52,528 nucleotides of DNA from contig CAZBUZ010000001.1 in assembly GCA_964495205.1 (NCBI GenBank), positions 1 to 52,528 on the forward strand, in the 5' to 3' direction. Positions within the stretch are counted from its first letter, which is position 1. Each line of letters starts with the position of its first letter. Source of the stretch: an uncultured Pseudomonadota bacterium (GTDB lineage: Bacteria > Babelota > Babeliae > Babelales > RVW-14). Shown here in pieces: positions 26,379 through 37,371 of the stretch. The notes below the pieces were generated by a model. It was not told the DNA's origin, made no database searches, and was given only the letters and a program-made list of their open reading frames with translations. The position numbers were made by a program, and so were the translations under genes.

Positions 26379-29300
26379 ATGTCTCACTTTGGAAGAGGTA
26401 AGGGAGTTATAAGGAAGTCGTTTAGTAAGATTAAGGAAGTTGTTTCGCTGCCCAATTTGATTGAGGTTCAATCTAAGTCGTTTAATAACTTTGCACAACT
26501 TGATTGCCTACCATCAGAGCGCAAGCACATTGGCTTAGAGAAGGTTTTTAGGGATACTTTTCCTATTAAACATAATGAACGAATTTCGCTCGAATATATA
26601 AGCTATGAATTGGGTGATTGGTCATGTATTTGTGGCCAAACAACAGGTATTCAAAACCGTTATAAATGGCAATGTTCATCATGTAAAAAAAGCGGTTTTA
26701 ATCATCTTGACGGCAACACCTGCCCTAACTGCGGTAAGACGACGGCCTCATATGCTCACTGTAAAAAATGTTTTTCTCGCGTGACGATTAAAGTTCCTGC
26801 GCCGGTTGATGAATGCCGCTATAGTGGTAAAACATATTCAATGCCACTTAAGGTTAAGCTTCAATTGATTACCTGGGATATTGATTCCCAGTTATCTACC
26901 AAGGTTATTCGCGACATAAAAGAACAAGATGTTTTTTTCTGTGACTTGCCGGTCATGGTTGATCTCTATGAAGACTCCGATGGCTACTTCAAGCTTGGCA
27001 GTCAGGGCATTTTTGTTATTAATGGCGTAGACCGTGTGGTTGTAAGTCAGATTCATCGCGCTCCGGGGGTTATTTTTACGCTGAGTAAAAAAACCAAAGA
27101 TTTTCGTGGACAGCCCTATCACATAGCCCGTATCATTCCGAGTCGTGGATCATGGTTAGATTTTGAATTTGATCATAATGATCTTCTTTACGTACGCATT
27201 GATAAGAAAAAGAAAATTCTTGTTACTACCTTTTTGCAGGCCTTGGGCATTGAAAAGCGATCAATTTTCTCGCTTTTTTATGATGCCGAAACGATCGATG
27301 TCAAAGGCGATAAGTTTATCAAGAAGCTTGATTCTAGTCTCATCGGTCAGCGTTTGGAGGCGGGTGCCTTGCCTAAGGAAATTGAAGATCAATTTACCGT
27401 GGGGCAGCGTTTTAATAAAGCGATGCTCGATAAGCTTGCAAAGGCTCATGTTACATCATTGCTTGTCCGAAAAAACATTTTGATAAATAAAGTTTTGTCT
27501 GAAGATATTATTGATCATGAGACAGGTGAGGTCCTTGCTAGTCAGGGTACCGTTATCACGGAAGACGTTATTGAAAACATTCTTGTTCGTTGCAAGTCCT
27601 TTAAGATTATTCAATCTTCAGGTTATACTTTCCAGCCAGCACTCGCATTAACCTTTGCACAAGATCATGTGGCAACATATGAGGACGCTCTTAAAGAGTT
27701 GTATGGCAAGCTGAAACCTGGAGATATTCCTGCGCTACAGGCAATGGAAGAGTATATCCAAAATTTATTCTTTAACCCTCGTTTTTATGATTTGACCATT
27801 GTTGGTCGCATACGTAGTAATCGCAAGTTGGGTTTAAAGATAAGTGAATCAATAACTCATTTGACGAGAGAAGATGTTGTTGCAACGCTTCAATATCTCA
27901 TTGGTCTTAAGGAGCGTGGTGAAGGTGAATTAGATGACATAGATCATCTTGGGAATAGAGCGGTTCGCCTTGTTGGGGAGTTGTTGCAGAGTCAGCTTTA
28001 TGTGGGCTTTGCGCGTCTCGAGAGAATCGTTAAAGAGCGTTTTCGTTTGCAAGAAAATTATGTGGCGCTCATGCCATATGATTTTTTGAATGTTAAGCCT
28101 TTAGCTGCTGTTTTACGTGAATTTTTTGGCACAGGACAATTGTCTCAATTTATGGATCAAACCAATCCTCTTGCTGAAATGGCTCACAAGCGTAGACTTT
28201 CTGCTCTGGGGCCTGGAGGCATTACTCGCGAGCGAGCGACGTTTGAAGTTCGCGACGTTCACACCTCACACTATGGCCGTATCTGTCCGATTGAAACGCC
28301 AGAAGGCCAGAATATTGGTTTGATTTCTTCGCTTTCAACCTATGCAAAAGTTAATGAACTTGGTTTTATTGAAACGCCATATCGTCCAGTTAAGAATGGC
28401 GTTGTTCAAGATAGCGTTGATTACCTTGATGCTTTTCAAGAGGCTGATGAGACGATTGCTCAATCTACTGTTGAGCTAGACAAGAACAATAAAATCGCTG
28501 AAGAAAAAGTGTTTGCACGTAAGAACGGCAACATTATGTTAGTTGATAGTCAAACAGTTTCTTACATTGATGCATCCCCTCGTCAATTGTTTTCTGTCCC
28601 TACAAGCTTAATTCCCTTTTTAGAGCACGATGACGCTAACCGAGCGCTTATGGGTTCGAACATGCAACGTCAATCTGTATCTCTTATTCAGTGTAATGCT
28701 CCGATGGTCGGAACAGGCATGGAGTTGGAGGTTGGTTCTCTTGAGGGTGCTGTTGTTCGCGCTAAAGAAGCTGGCGTGGTTGAGTATGTTTCAAGTGAAA
28801 AGATTATTGTGCGGCTTGAAGAGTCAAAAAATAATCCTACCGCTTGGTTTTCTAAGCCGATTGAGGTCTATGCACTCAAGAAATTCGGACGCTCAAGCCA
28901 CAATACGTGGATTCACTATAGTCCAATCGTCCAGGTTGGCGACAAGGTTAAAAAGGGTGATGTCCTTGCTGATGGGGCTGCAATCAAAAACGGTGAACTT
29001 GCTTTAGGTAATGACGTTTTAGTTGCTTTTATGCCATGGCAGGGTTACAACTTCGAAGACGCTGTGGTGATGAGTAAGCGTTTGGTTGCTGACGACGTTT
29101 TCACGTCGGTTCATGTGGAAGAATTTATTGTCGAAGCAAGAGAAACAAAACTTGGTGCAGAGGAAATTACGCGTGATATTCCAAATGTTTCTGAGAAAGA
29201 TCTAGCCGCCCTTGATGAGGATGGTGTTGTTAAGATTGGTACGCGCGTGAAGCCTGGCGATATTCTCACCGGTAAAGTAACCCTTAAAGGCGATATTCAG

Positions 29301-30659
29301 GTTTCGCCAGAGGAAAAGTTGTTGCGTGCTATTTTTGGTGAAAAGTCACGAGAAGTGCGCGACACGTCATTGCGTGTTCCGCCAGGTGTCGAAGGTACCG
29401 TTGTTGATGTTAAGATTTTTTCTCGTAGTGGCATTCGCAAGGATAAGCGCTATAAAGAATTTGTTCAAAAAGAAACAATGACTATTGAAGGCGCGACATC
29501 CTTCCATCTTTCGATTCTTCGCCGAGGAATTAAGGAGAAACTGCTTGCTTTATTAGCCGGCGAGAAAACAAAAGAAAAGTTCGAGAATGAAGACCTTGAA
29601 CGACTTTTTGAGCTTGGTGCAAAAAACAAAGAGGTTTCTGCAAAAGTTGCTCAGCTGAAAGAGATTTATACAAATCAGATTCATGTTCTTACCGCACTCA
29701 AAGAAGATCGAATTAATCAATTGCGCAAGGGTGATGAATTGCCTTCTGGCGTAATTAAAATGATCAAGGTATATGTTGCCAATAAGCGTCGAATTTCAGT
29801 TGGGGATAAGGTAGCTGGTCGTCATGGAAACAAGGGTGTTGTTTCTCGTATTGTCAATATTGAAGATATGCCATATTTGGAAAACGGTCAGGCTGTTGAT
29901 GTTGTTCTTAATCCGCTTGGTGTTCCTGGTCGTATGAACCTTGGCCAGATTCTTGAAACTGTTTTGGGTATGGCCGGTAAGGAGTTGGGTCGCCAGTTTG
30001 CTGATAAGATAAGTGAACTTAGTTATACTGATCTCAAATCAAAGCTTATGGGAATTTACAGTAAAGAGCTTATTGACGATCTTGAGAAGAAGTATGGCAA
30101 AGAAGAAATTGTTATGCTTGGCAAAAAAACAGCAGAGCGTGGCGTTTCAATTAAGACTCCTATTTTCGCGGGAGCTGATTATGAGCAAGAGATTCAGCCG
30201 TTGCTTGAAGAATTAAAGCTTTCTAAAAATGGATCCTACAAATTGTTGGATGGTCGAACAGGCGAGTTTTTTGATCAGCCGGTAACCGTTGGGTATATTT
30301 ACATGATGAAGCTTAACCACTTGGCTGATGACAAGCTTCATGCTCGTTCTGTTGGTCCATACTCACTTATTACACAACAACCACTTGGCGGTAAAGCTCA
30401 GTTTGGTGGACAGCGTTTGGGTGAAATGGAAGTTTGGGCGCTCTATGCATACGGATCAGCTTATACGCTTCAGGAAATGCTTACGCTTAAATCTGACGAT
30501 GTTAATGGTCGTATCAAGGCATATGAAGCAATTGTTCGAGGGGACGAGGTTCCTGAGGCTGGGGTTCCAGAATCATTTAACGTTTTGGTAAAGGAACTTC
30601 AAAGTTTGGGGTTAGAAGTTGATCTGCTAAAGACCAGTAAGGAGCAGTTCGGTGAATAA
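26379..30659 (+). CDS. rpoB: DNA-directed RNA polymerase subunit beta, with an N-terminal Cys-rich insertion
   Basis: 1426 aa. AGGAG lies upstream. Motifs include GNRAVRLVGELL, RLSALGPGGITRERA, HYGRICPIETPEGQNIGLI, GDKVAGRHGNKGVVS and LGGKAQFGGQRLGEMEVWAL. Confidence 0.98.
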   Translation: MSHFGRGKGVIRKSFSKIKEVVSLPNLIEVQSKSFNNFAQLDCLPSERKHIGLEKVFRDTFPIKHNERISLEYISYELGDWSCICGQTTGIQNRYKWQCSSCKKSGFNHLDGNTCPNCGKTTASYAHCKKCFSRVTIKVPAPVDECRYSGKTYSMPLKVKLQLITWDIDSQLSTKVIRDIKEQDVFFCDLPVMVDLYEDSDGYFKLGSQGIFVINGVDRVVVSQIHRAPGVIFTLSKKTKDFRGQPYHIARIIPSRGSWLDFEFDHNDLLYVRIDKKKKILVTTFLQALGIEKRSIFSLFYDAETIDVKGDKFIKKLDSSLIGQRLEAGALPKEIEDQFTVGQRFNKAMLDKLAKAHVTSLLVRKNILINKVLSEDIIDHETGEVLASQGTVITEDVIENILVRCKSFKIIQSSGYTFQPALALTFAQDHVATYEDALKELYGKLKPGDIPALQAMEEYIQNLFFNPRFYDLTIVGRIRSNRKLGLKISESITHLTREDVVATLQYLIGLKERGEGELDDIDHLGNRAVRLVGELLQSQLYVGFARLERIVKERFRLQENYVALMPYDFLNVKPLAAVLREFFGTGQLSQFMDQTNPLAEMAHKRRLSALGPGGITRERATFEVRDVHTSHYGRICPIETPEGQNIGLISSLSTYAKVNELGFIETPYRPVKNGVVQDSVDYLDAFQEADETIAQSTVELDKNNKIAEEKVFARKNGNIMLVDSQTVSYIDASPRQLFSVPTSLIPFLEHDDANRALMGSNMQRQSVSLIQCNAPMVGTGMELEVGSLEGAVVRAKEAGVVEYVSSEKIIVRLEESKNNPTAWFSKPIEVYALKKFGRSSHNTWIHYSPIVQVGDKVKKGDVLADGAAIKNGELALGNDVLVAFMPWQGYNFEDAVVMSKRLVADDVFTSVHVEEFIVEARETKLGAEEITRDIPNVSEKDLAALDEDGVVKIGTRVKPGDILTGKVTLKGDIQVSPEEKLLRAIFGEKSREVRDTSLRVPPGVEGTVVDVKIFSRSGIRKDKRYKEFVQKETMTIEGATSFHLSILRRGIKEKLLALLAGEKTKEKFENEDLERLFELGAKNKEVSAKVAQLKEIYTNQIHVLTALKEDRINQLRKGDELPSGVIKMIKVYVANKRRISVGDKVAGRHGNKGVVSRIVNIEDMPYLENGQAVDVVLNPLGVPGRMNLGQILETVLGMAGKELGRQFADKISELSYTDLKSKLMGIYSKELIDDLEKKYGKEEIVMLGKKTAERGVSIKTPIFAGADYEQEIQPLLEELKLSKNGSYKLLDGRTGEFFDQPVTVGYIYMMKLNHLADDKLHARSVGPYSLITQQPLGGKAQFGGQRLGEMEVWALYAYGSAYTLQEMLTLKSDDVNGRIKAYEAIVRGDEVPEAGVPESFNVLVKELQSLGLEVDLLKTSKEQFGE

Positions 30660-33600
30660 TAGAATGCTTGAAAGATTTCGGGAATATATTCATTCAACTC
30701 AGTTTAACGCAATGCGCGTAGGAATTGCTTCACCAGATAAAATTCGTTCGCTTTCATATGGTGAGGTGAAGAAAATAGAAACTATAAACTATCGCACGCT
30801 TAAGCCTGAGCGAGATGGATTGTTTTGTGCTCGTATATTTGGTCCGGTTAAAAACTGGGAATGTAATTGCGGTAAATATAAGCGAATGAAGCACCGCGGC
30901 GTCACCTGTGAAAAGTGTGGCGTTGAGGTTATTCAAGCTCGCGTTCGTCGTGAGCGTATGGGGCATATTAATTTGGTTTCTCCTGTTTGCCATATTTGGT
31001 TTTTAAAGGGTATTCCAAGTTATTTAAGCTTGATTACGGGTATGACTGTTCGTGACCTTGAGCGCGTTGTTTATTTTGATAGTTACATTGTTATTAATCA
31101 AGGCAACTCGCCTTATGCCAGCAGAACATTGTTAACAAGTCATGAATACGAAGATTACGTTCAATCGCATGAAGATGACATTACGTTTAAAGCGGAGATG
31201 GGAGCAGAAGCAATTCGTATGATTCTGTCTCTTATGGATCTCGGCTTTGAAGCGCGCAAGTTGCAAAATGAATATGAACAAACAGTGTCTGTTTCGGTTA
31301 AGCATCGATTAGCAAAACGCTATAAAGTATTAAATGGTCTTGCTCAAGCCAATATTCGTCCTGAGTGGATTATTATGGAGGTTCTTCCTGTCTTGCCGCC
31401 GGGATTGCGACCTTTGGTTCCGCTTGAAGGTGGGCGCTTTGCAAGCTCAGACCTTAATGATTTGTATCGAAGAGTTTTAAACAGAAATATTCGCTTGAAG
31501 CGTTTAATAGAACTTGAAGCCCCTGATGTTATTATAAAAAATGAAAAGCGTATGCTTCAAGAAGCTGTTGATGCTTTGATTGATAATGGACGACGAGGGC
31601 AACCAATTCGTGGTTCAAACCGACGTCCTCTCAAGTCCTTAAGCGAGATGCTTCGTGGTAAGCAGGGGCGCTTCCGACAAAACCTGCTTGGAAAGCGCGT
31701 TGACTATTCAGGTCGTTCGGTTATTGTTGTTGATCCTGAGTTGAAAATGTATCAATGTGGCTTGCCAAAATTGATGGCGCTTGAATTATTCAAGCCTTAT
31801 GTTTACGTAGAATTGCAAAAGAGAGAACATGCGATTAATTTGCGTGTTGCCAAGCGCATGGTTGAAGAGATGACGCCAGAGGTTTGGGAAGCGCTTGAGG
31901 CTGTAGTGTTTGAGCGGCCAGTACTGCTTAACCGTGCGCCAACACTCCACCGTCTTGGTATTCAGGCATTTTACCCTATCTTAGTAGAAGGTAAGGCTAT
32001 TAAAATTCATCCACTCGTTTGTGCCGCTTTTAACGCAGACTTTGACGGTGACCAAATGGCAGTGCACGTTCTTTTGAGTAAAAAGGCTCGATTGGAAGCG
32101 CAGTGTTTAATGCTTTCGACAAAAAATATTCTTTCTCCTGCAAGTGGTCGTCCTTTGACGGTTCCTTCTCAGGATATGGTCCTTGGTCTGTATTATATGA
32201 CCAAAGGGCGTAAGAATGTTGCGGGTGATGGGCTCATTTTTTCAAGCATTGAAGAAGTTATTTATGCTTACCAGCACAATAAAATAAACATACAGGCACC
32301 AATCCAGGTTCGATTGCCAAATGGTTCGATTGTGAGCACAACGGTTGGGCGTGTTATCCTTTATGAATCTCTCCCTGCTACTGCACATTTTGATTGGGTA
32401 AACAAAGCAGTCAAAAAGAAAGATTTGGTCAGGCTTGTTGAAAATATGTACAAGGTTTGTGGCTCGGAAGAGACAGTTGTTGCTCTCGACAACATCAAAA
32501 AGCTTGGTTTCACTTATGCAACACGTGGCGGAATTTCTCTTTCGATGGATAATTTGATTATTCCATCGACGAAGAGCTCCATTATTGATCAACGAAAAAA
32601 AGAAGTTGCAAAGGTAGAAGATCTATATCTTGAAGGTGCTATTACTAACGGTGAACGTTATAACAAGGTTGTTCAAATTTGGGCTCATACGACTGAAGAC
32701 GTTACTAAAGAGATGATTTCTCATTTGGAAGAACAAGATCGTATGGCGTCAGCTAATGCTGAAAAACAACATACTCCTTTCAATCCTGTTTTTATGATGT
32801 TGGACTCAGGTGCTCGTGGCTCTCGACAACAGATTCGTCAGTTGGCTGCAATGAGAGGTTTGATGGCAAAGCCATCTGGTGAAATTATGGAAACGCCTGT
32901 TTTGGCAAACTTTAAAGAAGGTTTGAGCGTTTTTGAATATTTTGTGTCAACGCACGGTGCGCGTAAAGGTTTGGCTGATACGGCACTTAAAACAGCAGAC
33001 TCTGGTTATTTAACACGCCGCTTGGTTGATGTTGCGCAAGATGTGGTTGTTACTCAACTTGATTGTCAAACTTTGGGTTACATTACATTGAGCGATCTTA
33101 AAGAATACGGAGAAGTGATTTCACCTTTGCCAGATCGTGTGTTCGGTCGCGTGATAGCAGAAGATGTTAAAGATCCTTTATCCGGTAAGTTAATTGTTAA
33201 GCAGGGTGAATTGATAAATCATGCTGTCGTAGAGCAATTGCGTGATTCGGCTGTAACCGAAATAGCTGTTAGATCTGTGCTTACTTGTTCCGCTAAGCGT
33301 GGTATATGCGCAAAGTGTTATGGTATGGACTTGTCAACGCTTGGGCTTGTTGACATAGGAACAGCTACTGGTATTATTGCAGCGCAATCAATTGGTGAAC
33401 CTGGTACGCAGCTCACCATGAGAACCTTTCACGTTGGTGGTACGGCAAGCGGATTGGTTGAAGAAAACTTTTTCAAAACCAAATCGAATGGTAAGGTCGC
33501 TTACAAGGGCATCTTTGCTGTTAGAAACCGCAATAATCAAAACATTGTAATGAACCGCCGCTCGAGTCTGGTAATTGTAGCTGATGATGGTCGCGAACTC

Positions 33601-34779
33601 GAAGAGTTTAAGTTGGAATACGGAACAACTTTGTTGGTCGAAGATGGCAGCATGGTTAAAGCTGGCCAAAAAGTTGCTGAATGGGATCCTTATAAAGTTG
33701 TTTTGACTGAAAAGGGTGGAACTGCTCAATTTGTTGATCTCATAGAAAACGTTACCTATCAAGAACAATTTGATGAAGCTACTGGTAAGTCAAATAAGGT
33801 GGTTCTTGAGCGTCGAGACGAAAAGCGACAGCCATATATAGCAGTTCTCGACAATACGGACGGTGAAATTGCTCGTTATTATTTACCAACGAGTGCTATT
33901 ATTTCCGTTGAAAATCAAGGTAAAGTCCATCCCGGTGATATTTTAGCGCGATTGCCTCGAGAAGAAAAACGAACGCGTGACATTACTGGTGGTCTTCCTC
34001 GTGTTACAGAGTTGTTTGAAGCGCGTATTCCAAAAGATACGGCAATACTGAGTGAAGTTGATGGTGTTGTGCATTTTGGTGGTGTTCACCGTGCTCAGCG
34101 TCGTCTTACCGTAACCACAGATGATGGCGAAGTCTTTGAATATAATGTTCCTCGTAATCGTCATCTCAATGTTGAGGACGGTGAAAAAGTTAGGGCTGGC
34201 GATCCATTGACCTCTGGTGTGCCTAATGTTCATGATCTTTTGAGAATTTTAGGGCCAGATGAAGCACAGCGTTATTTAGTTCGAGAAGTACAAGAAATTT
34301 ACAGCTTGCAGGGCGTTGATATTAACGATAAGCATATCGAAATTATTGTTCGACAAATGTTGAAGAAGGTACGTATTACTGATCCTGGCGATACCAATTT
34401 TGTTGTTGGTGATCGTGTTGACAAAATTCATTTGCAAACCGTTAATCGTTTGGTGGCCAAAGATGGCAAGCGTGTTGCAATTGCTAAGCCAATTTTGATG
34501 GGTATTACTAAAGCTTCGCTTGGCACAGAAAGCTTTATTTCGGCAGCGTCATTCCAGGAAACGACCCGTGTTTTAACCGAAGCAGCCTTAGTTGGCCAAA
34601 TTGATTATTTATATGGGTTGAAAGAAAATATAGTAATTGGTAAACTAATACCTGCTGGTACTGGTATACCATCATTTAGGAAAAAGCATCTTGGTGAGGA
34701 TGTTTCCGAATTTGAAAAAAAAGCTCGTGAAGAAGAGCAATTAGAAGCTGGATTAGATAAAATTTCTTTGAATAATTAG
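30652..34779 (+). CDS. rpoC: DNA-directed RNA polymerase subunit beta'
   Basis: 1375 aa with the Zn finger [23 protein letters not shown] and the catalytic [12 protein letters not shown]. The GTG at 30652 lies 9 nt after AAGGAG and overlaps the rpoB stop. An alternative ATG is at 30664. Confidence 0.97.
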   Translation: MNNRMLERFREYIHSTQFNAMRVGIASPDKIRSLSYGEVKKIETINYRTLKPERDGLFCARIFGPVKNWECNCGKYKRMKHRGVTCEKCGVEVIQARVRRERMGHINLVSPVCHIWFLKGIPSYLSLITGMTVRDLERVVYFDSYIVINQGNSPYASRTLLTSHEYEDYVQSHEDDITFKAEMGAEAIRMILSLMDLGFEARKLQNEYEQTVSVSVKHRLAKRYKVLNGLAQANIRPEWIIMEVLPVLPPGLRPLVPLEGGRFASSDLNDLYRRVLNRNIRLKRLIELEAPDVIIKNEKRMLQEAVDALIDNGRRGQPIRGSNRRPLKSLSEMLRGKQGRFRQNLLGKRVDYSGRSVIVVDPELKMYQCGLPKLMALELFKPYVYVELQKREHAINLRVAKRMVEEMTPEVWEALEAVVFERPVLLNRAPTLHRLGIQAFYPILVEGKAIKIHPLVCAAFNADFDGDQMAVHVLLSKKARLEAQCLMLSTKNILSPASGRPLTVPSQDMVLGLYYMTKGRKNVAGDGLIFSSIEEVIYAYQHNKINIQAPIQVRLPNGSIVSTTVGRVILYESLPATAHFDWVNKAVKKKDLVRLVENMYKVCGSEETVVALDNIKKLGFTYATRGGISLSMDNLIIPSTKSSIIDQRKKEVAKVEDLYLEGAITNGERYNKVVQIWAHTTEDVTKEMISHLEEQDRMASANAEKQHTPFNPVFMMLDSGARGSRQQIRQLAAMRGLMAKPSGEIMETPVLANFKEGLSVFEYFVSTHGARKGLADTALKTADSGYLTRRLVDVAQDVVVTQLDCQTLGYITLSDLKEYGEVISPLPDRVFGRVIAEDVKDPLSGKLIVKQGELINHAVVEQLRDSAVTEIAVRSVLTCSAKRGICAKCYGMDLSTLGLVDIGTATGIIAAQSIGEPGTQLTMRTFHVGGTASGLVEENFFKTKSNGKVAYKGIFAVRNRNNQNIVMNRRSSLVIVADDGRELEEFKLEYGTTLLVEDGSMVKAGQKVAEWDPYKVVLTEKGGTAQFVDLIENVTYQEQFDEATGKSNKVVLERRDEKRQPYIAVLDNTDGEIARYYLPTSAIISVENQGKVHPGDILARLPREEKRTRDITGGLPRVTELFEARIPKDTAILSEVDGVVHFGGVHRAQRRLTVTTDDGEVFEYNVPRNRHLNVEDGEKVRAGDPLTSGVPNVHDLLRILGPDEAQRYLVREVQEIYSLQGVDINDKHIEIIVRQMLKKVRITDPGDTNFVVGDRVDKIHLQTVNRLVAKDGKRVAIAKPILMGITKASLGTESFISAASFQETTRVLTEAALVGQIDYLYGLKENIVIGKLIPAGTGIPSFRKKHLGEDVSEFEKKAREEEQLEAGLDKISLNN

Positions 34780-34789
34780 GGTGTTTATC

Positions 34790-34862
34790 AGGCGCGTAGC
34801 TCAGTTGGCAGAGCATTGCTTTGACGTAGCAAGGGTCAGCGGTTCGAATCCGCTCGCGCCTA
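34790..34862 (+). tRNA. tRNA-Val (anticodon GAC), CCA not encoded
   Basis: The acceptor is AGGCGCG/CGCGCCT, the anticodon stem is TTGCT/AGCAA, the loop is TTGACGT and the T-loop is TTCGAAT. It starts 10 nt after the rpoC stop. Confidence 0.88.
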
Positions 34863-34929
34863 TTAATCCATGAAAAATAAAATTTAAATCTGATGTTAAA
34901 GTATCTATTTATCGTTTGGAGTTATGTAC

Positions 34930-35190
34930 ATGTTGAGCAAGGAAAATAAAAAAAAGATTATCGATCAATTCAAGCAATCTACAAGTGATGTCGGGTCATG
35001 CGAAGTCCAGATTGGATTGTTGTCTGAAAAAATCCAACAAGTTTCAGCACACCTTAAAGCATTCCCTAAAGACGTTAGTTCACAACGAGGGTTGGTGGCT
35101 ATGGTGGGTAAAAGAAAGAGATTCCTTAATTACCTCAAAAAAAACAATCCCCAAAGCTACAATGCCGTATCTCAATTACTTAGTCGATAA
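34930..35190 (+). CDS. rpsO: 30S ribosomal protein S15
   Basis: About 86 aa with GSCEVQIGLLSEKI and SQRGLVAMVGKRKRFLNYL. The ATG at 34930 lies 9 nt after GGAG, and the track ORF starts at 34924. Confidence 0.93.
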   Translation: MLSKENKKKIIDQFKQSTSDVGSCEVQIGLLSEKIQQVSAHLKAFPKDVSSQRGLVAMVGKRKRFLNYLKKNNPQSYNAVSQLLSR

Positions 35191-35258
35191 TAAACGCTTA
35201 CAAAAATCTATTTGAGCTTTCGCGAGCTTGTTCTTTGTAACTATCAAGGTGAGGATTT

Positions 35259-37352
35259 ATGCATAAAGTTTTTAGTTTGCCGGAATTAGGATTAGAAGTT
35301 GAAATAGGCAAGTTTGCGCGACAAGCTGATGGTTCGGCTTGGATTAAAGCAGGCAACAACATTGTTTTAGCCACCGCCGTTGCCTCAAAAGAGGCCAAAG
35401 AGTTCATGGGTTTTTTTCCATTAACGGTCGAATATCGTGAGCGGCCATCTGCTGCCGGAAAAATTCCAGGCGGTTATGTTAAGCGAGAGGGAAAGTTAAG
35501 CGATGCTGAAGTGCTAACATCGCGCAATATTGACCGCCCGATTCGCCCGTTGTTTCCTCCTTATTACTTCAACGAAGTGCAAATTCTTTGTACTGTTTTT
35601 TCGTCCGATGGCAACTATCCAACAAATGTTCTTTCTATTCTTGGGGCATCTTTAGCTCTTTCCATATCGCCGATTCCTTTTTTGGGGCCTGTTGGTGCTG
35701 TGCAAGCATGCAAAATTAATGGAAAATGGAAGTTTAATGCAACATATGAAGAAGTCGCAGTGGCTGACTCAGACATCGTTATCGCTGGTACGCAAGAAGG
35801 CATTTGCATGGTTGAGGGGCATTGCAATGAGGTTTCTGAATCGGAGCTTCTTGATCTTCTTTTTGATGCACATGAGGTAATTAAAAAGCAAGTTGCATGG
35901 CAACTTGAGATCAAGCGTGCGCTCAATGTACAAGAAGAGGTCCCTCAAGCTCCTTATAATTGGACGCTTTGGAAAGATAAAGTCAAGAATGTTTTGCCTG
36001 CAAATTTTGTTGAGATGCTTTTTGATACAGCAAAAGAAAAACGTCGTAGTACCATGTCTGATTTGCAAAATAATTTGAGCGTTTCATTTGCTCAAGAAAT
36101 CAAAGATGGAGAAATTTCAACGGCGGCTCTCAGTTTCTTGTTTGATTCTTTGATAAAAGACCAATTGCCAGATATCGTAGCCAAGAAAAGAGTACGCCTT
36201 GATCTTCGTAACTTTGATCAAGTGCGTGCAATTGAGTGCGAGGTCGCTCTGCTGCCATGTGCCCATGGGTCAGCGTCTTTTAGACGTGGTGAAACACATG
36301 CTCTTGCTAGTTTAACCTTGGGTACTGCGCAAGATGCACAAAAAGTTGAAACACTTTTGGGTGGGATGCAAGAACGGTCTTTTATGCTCCACTACAACTT
36401 TCCTCCATTCTCAACTGGTGAGGTAAAGCCTATTCGTGGTGCTAGTCGACGAGATATTGGGCACGGCTACCTTGCAGAAAGTTCTTTTTTAAATGTTTTG
36501 CCAACCCAAGAATCATTTCCCTACACAACACGTTCTGTAGTTGACATCCTTGAATCTAATGGCTCTTCATCCATGGCGACTGTGTGCGCAACAACCCTTG
36601 CGCTCATGGATGCAGGTGTTCCTATCAAGAGCATGGTCAGCGGTGCGGCTATGGGTTTAATGCGCGACTCTGCAAGTAATTTTTATATCCTTACCGACAT
36701 TATCGGTGATGAAGATGCTTTTGGGTTAATGGATTTCAAGGTTACAGGTACGGAAACTGGCATTATGGCATTCCAGCTTGACATCAAAGACAAAGTTGGT
36801 TTGTCTCGTGAGATTTTTTCCAAGGCACTTGAACAGGCAAAACAAGCTCGTCTGCATATCTTACAAGAAATGCGAAAGGCGCTTGCCGCACCACGTAAAG
36901 AGCTATCCGAAAATGCGCCGCGTGTTCTTTACTTTAAGATTCCAGTCGATAAAATTGGGGCAATTATTGGACCTGCTGGTAAAGTGATCAAGGAAATTAT
37001 TGCCAAAACAAATACTCAGATAGATATTTCCGATGATGGCGGCGTTAAGATCTATTCTAAAGAAGGTTCGCAAGCCCAAGAGGCAGAATCATGGATCAAA
37101 ATTCTTGCCGGCGATATAGAAGTTGGTGCAAAGTTCGATGGAATTATTCGACGTATTGCTGAGTTCGGTCTTTTCGTTGAACTGGTTCCAGGGAAGGAAG
37201 GTTTGGTGCACGTTTCTACTATTTCTCGATCTAAGCAGCGAGATTTTGAACGTAATTACAAAGTCGGTGATACATTGGCTGTGCAGGTTACGGCTTATGA
37301 TCGTGAGAGCGAGCGAATTCGTTTGATCGCGCCAGAATTAGAAAAACCATAA
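35259..37352 (+). CDS. pnp: polyribonucleotide nucleotidyltransferase (PNPase)
   Basis: 697 aa with two RNase PH domains, a KH domain (IGAIIGPAGKVIKEI) and an S1 domain (GIIRRIAEFGLFVEL). Confidence 0.96.
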   Translation: MHKVFSLPELGLEVEIGKFARQADGSAWIKAGNNIVLATAVASKEAKEFMGFFPLTVEYRERPSAAGKIPGGYVKREGKLSDAEVLTSRNIDRPIRPLFPPYYFNEVQILCTVFSSDGNYPTNVLSILGASLALSISPIPFLGPVGAVQACKINGKWKFNATYEEVAVADSDIVIAGTQEGICMVEGHCNEVSESELLDLLFDAHEVIKKQVAWQLEIKRALNVQEEVPQAPYNWTLWKDKVKNVLPANFVEMLFDTAKEKRRSTMSDLQNNLSVSFAQEIKDGEISTAALSFLFDSLIKDQLPDIVAKKRVRLDLRNFDQVRAIECEVALLPCAHGSASFRRGETHALASLTLGTAQDAQKVETLLGGMQERSFMLHYNFPPFSTGEVKPIRGASRRDIGHGYLAESSFLNVLPTQESFPYTTRSVVDILESNGSSSMATVCATTLALMDAGVPIKSMVSGAAMGLMRDSASNFYILTDIIGDEDAFGLMDFKVTGTETGIMAFQLDIKDKVGLSREIFSKALEQAKQARLHILQEMRKALAAPRKELSENAPRVLYFKIPVDKIGAIIGPAGKVIKEIIAKTNTQIDISDDGGVKIYSKEGSQAQEAESWIKILAGDIEVGAKFDGIIRRIAEFGLFVELVPGKEGLVHVSTISRSKQRDFERNYKVGDTLAVQVTAYDRESERIRLIAPELEKP

Positions 37353-37371
37353 GAGCCAACGTATTTCGATC

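Noticed and set aside
28127-28145. TGGCAC ... TTGT resembling a sigma54 -24/-12 element
   Set aside because: It lies inside rpoB coding sequence, the spacing is wrong and the -12 element is TTGT rather than TTGC. No sigma54-type promoter was found upstream of the moxR or secretin genes either.
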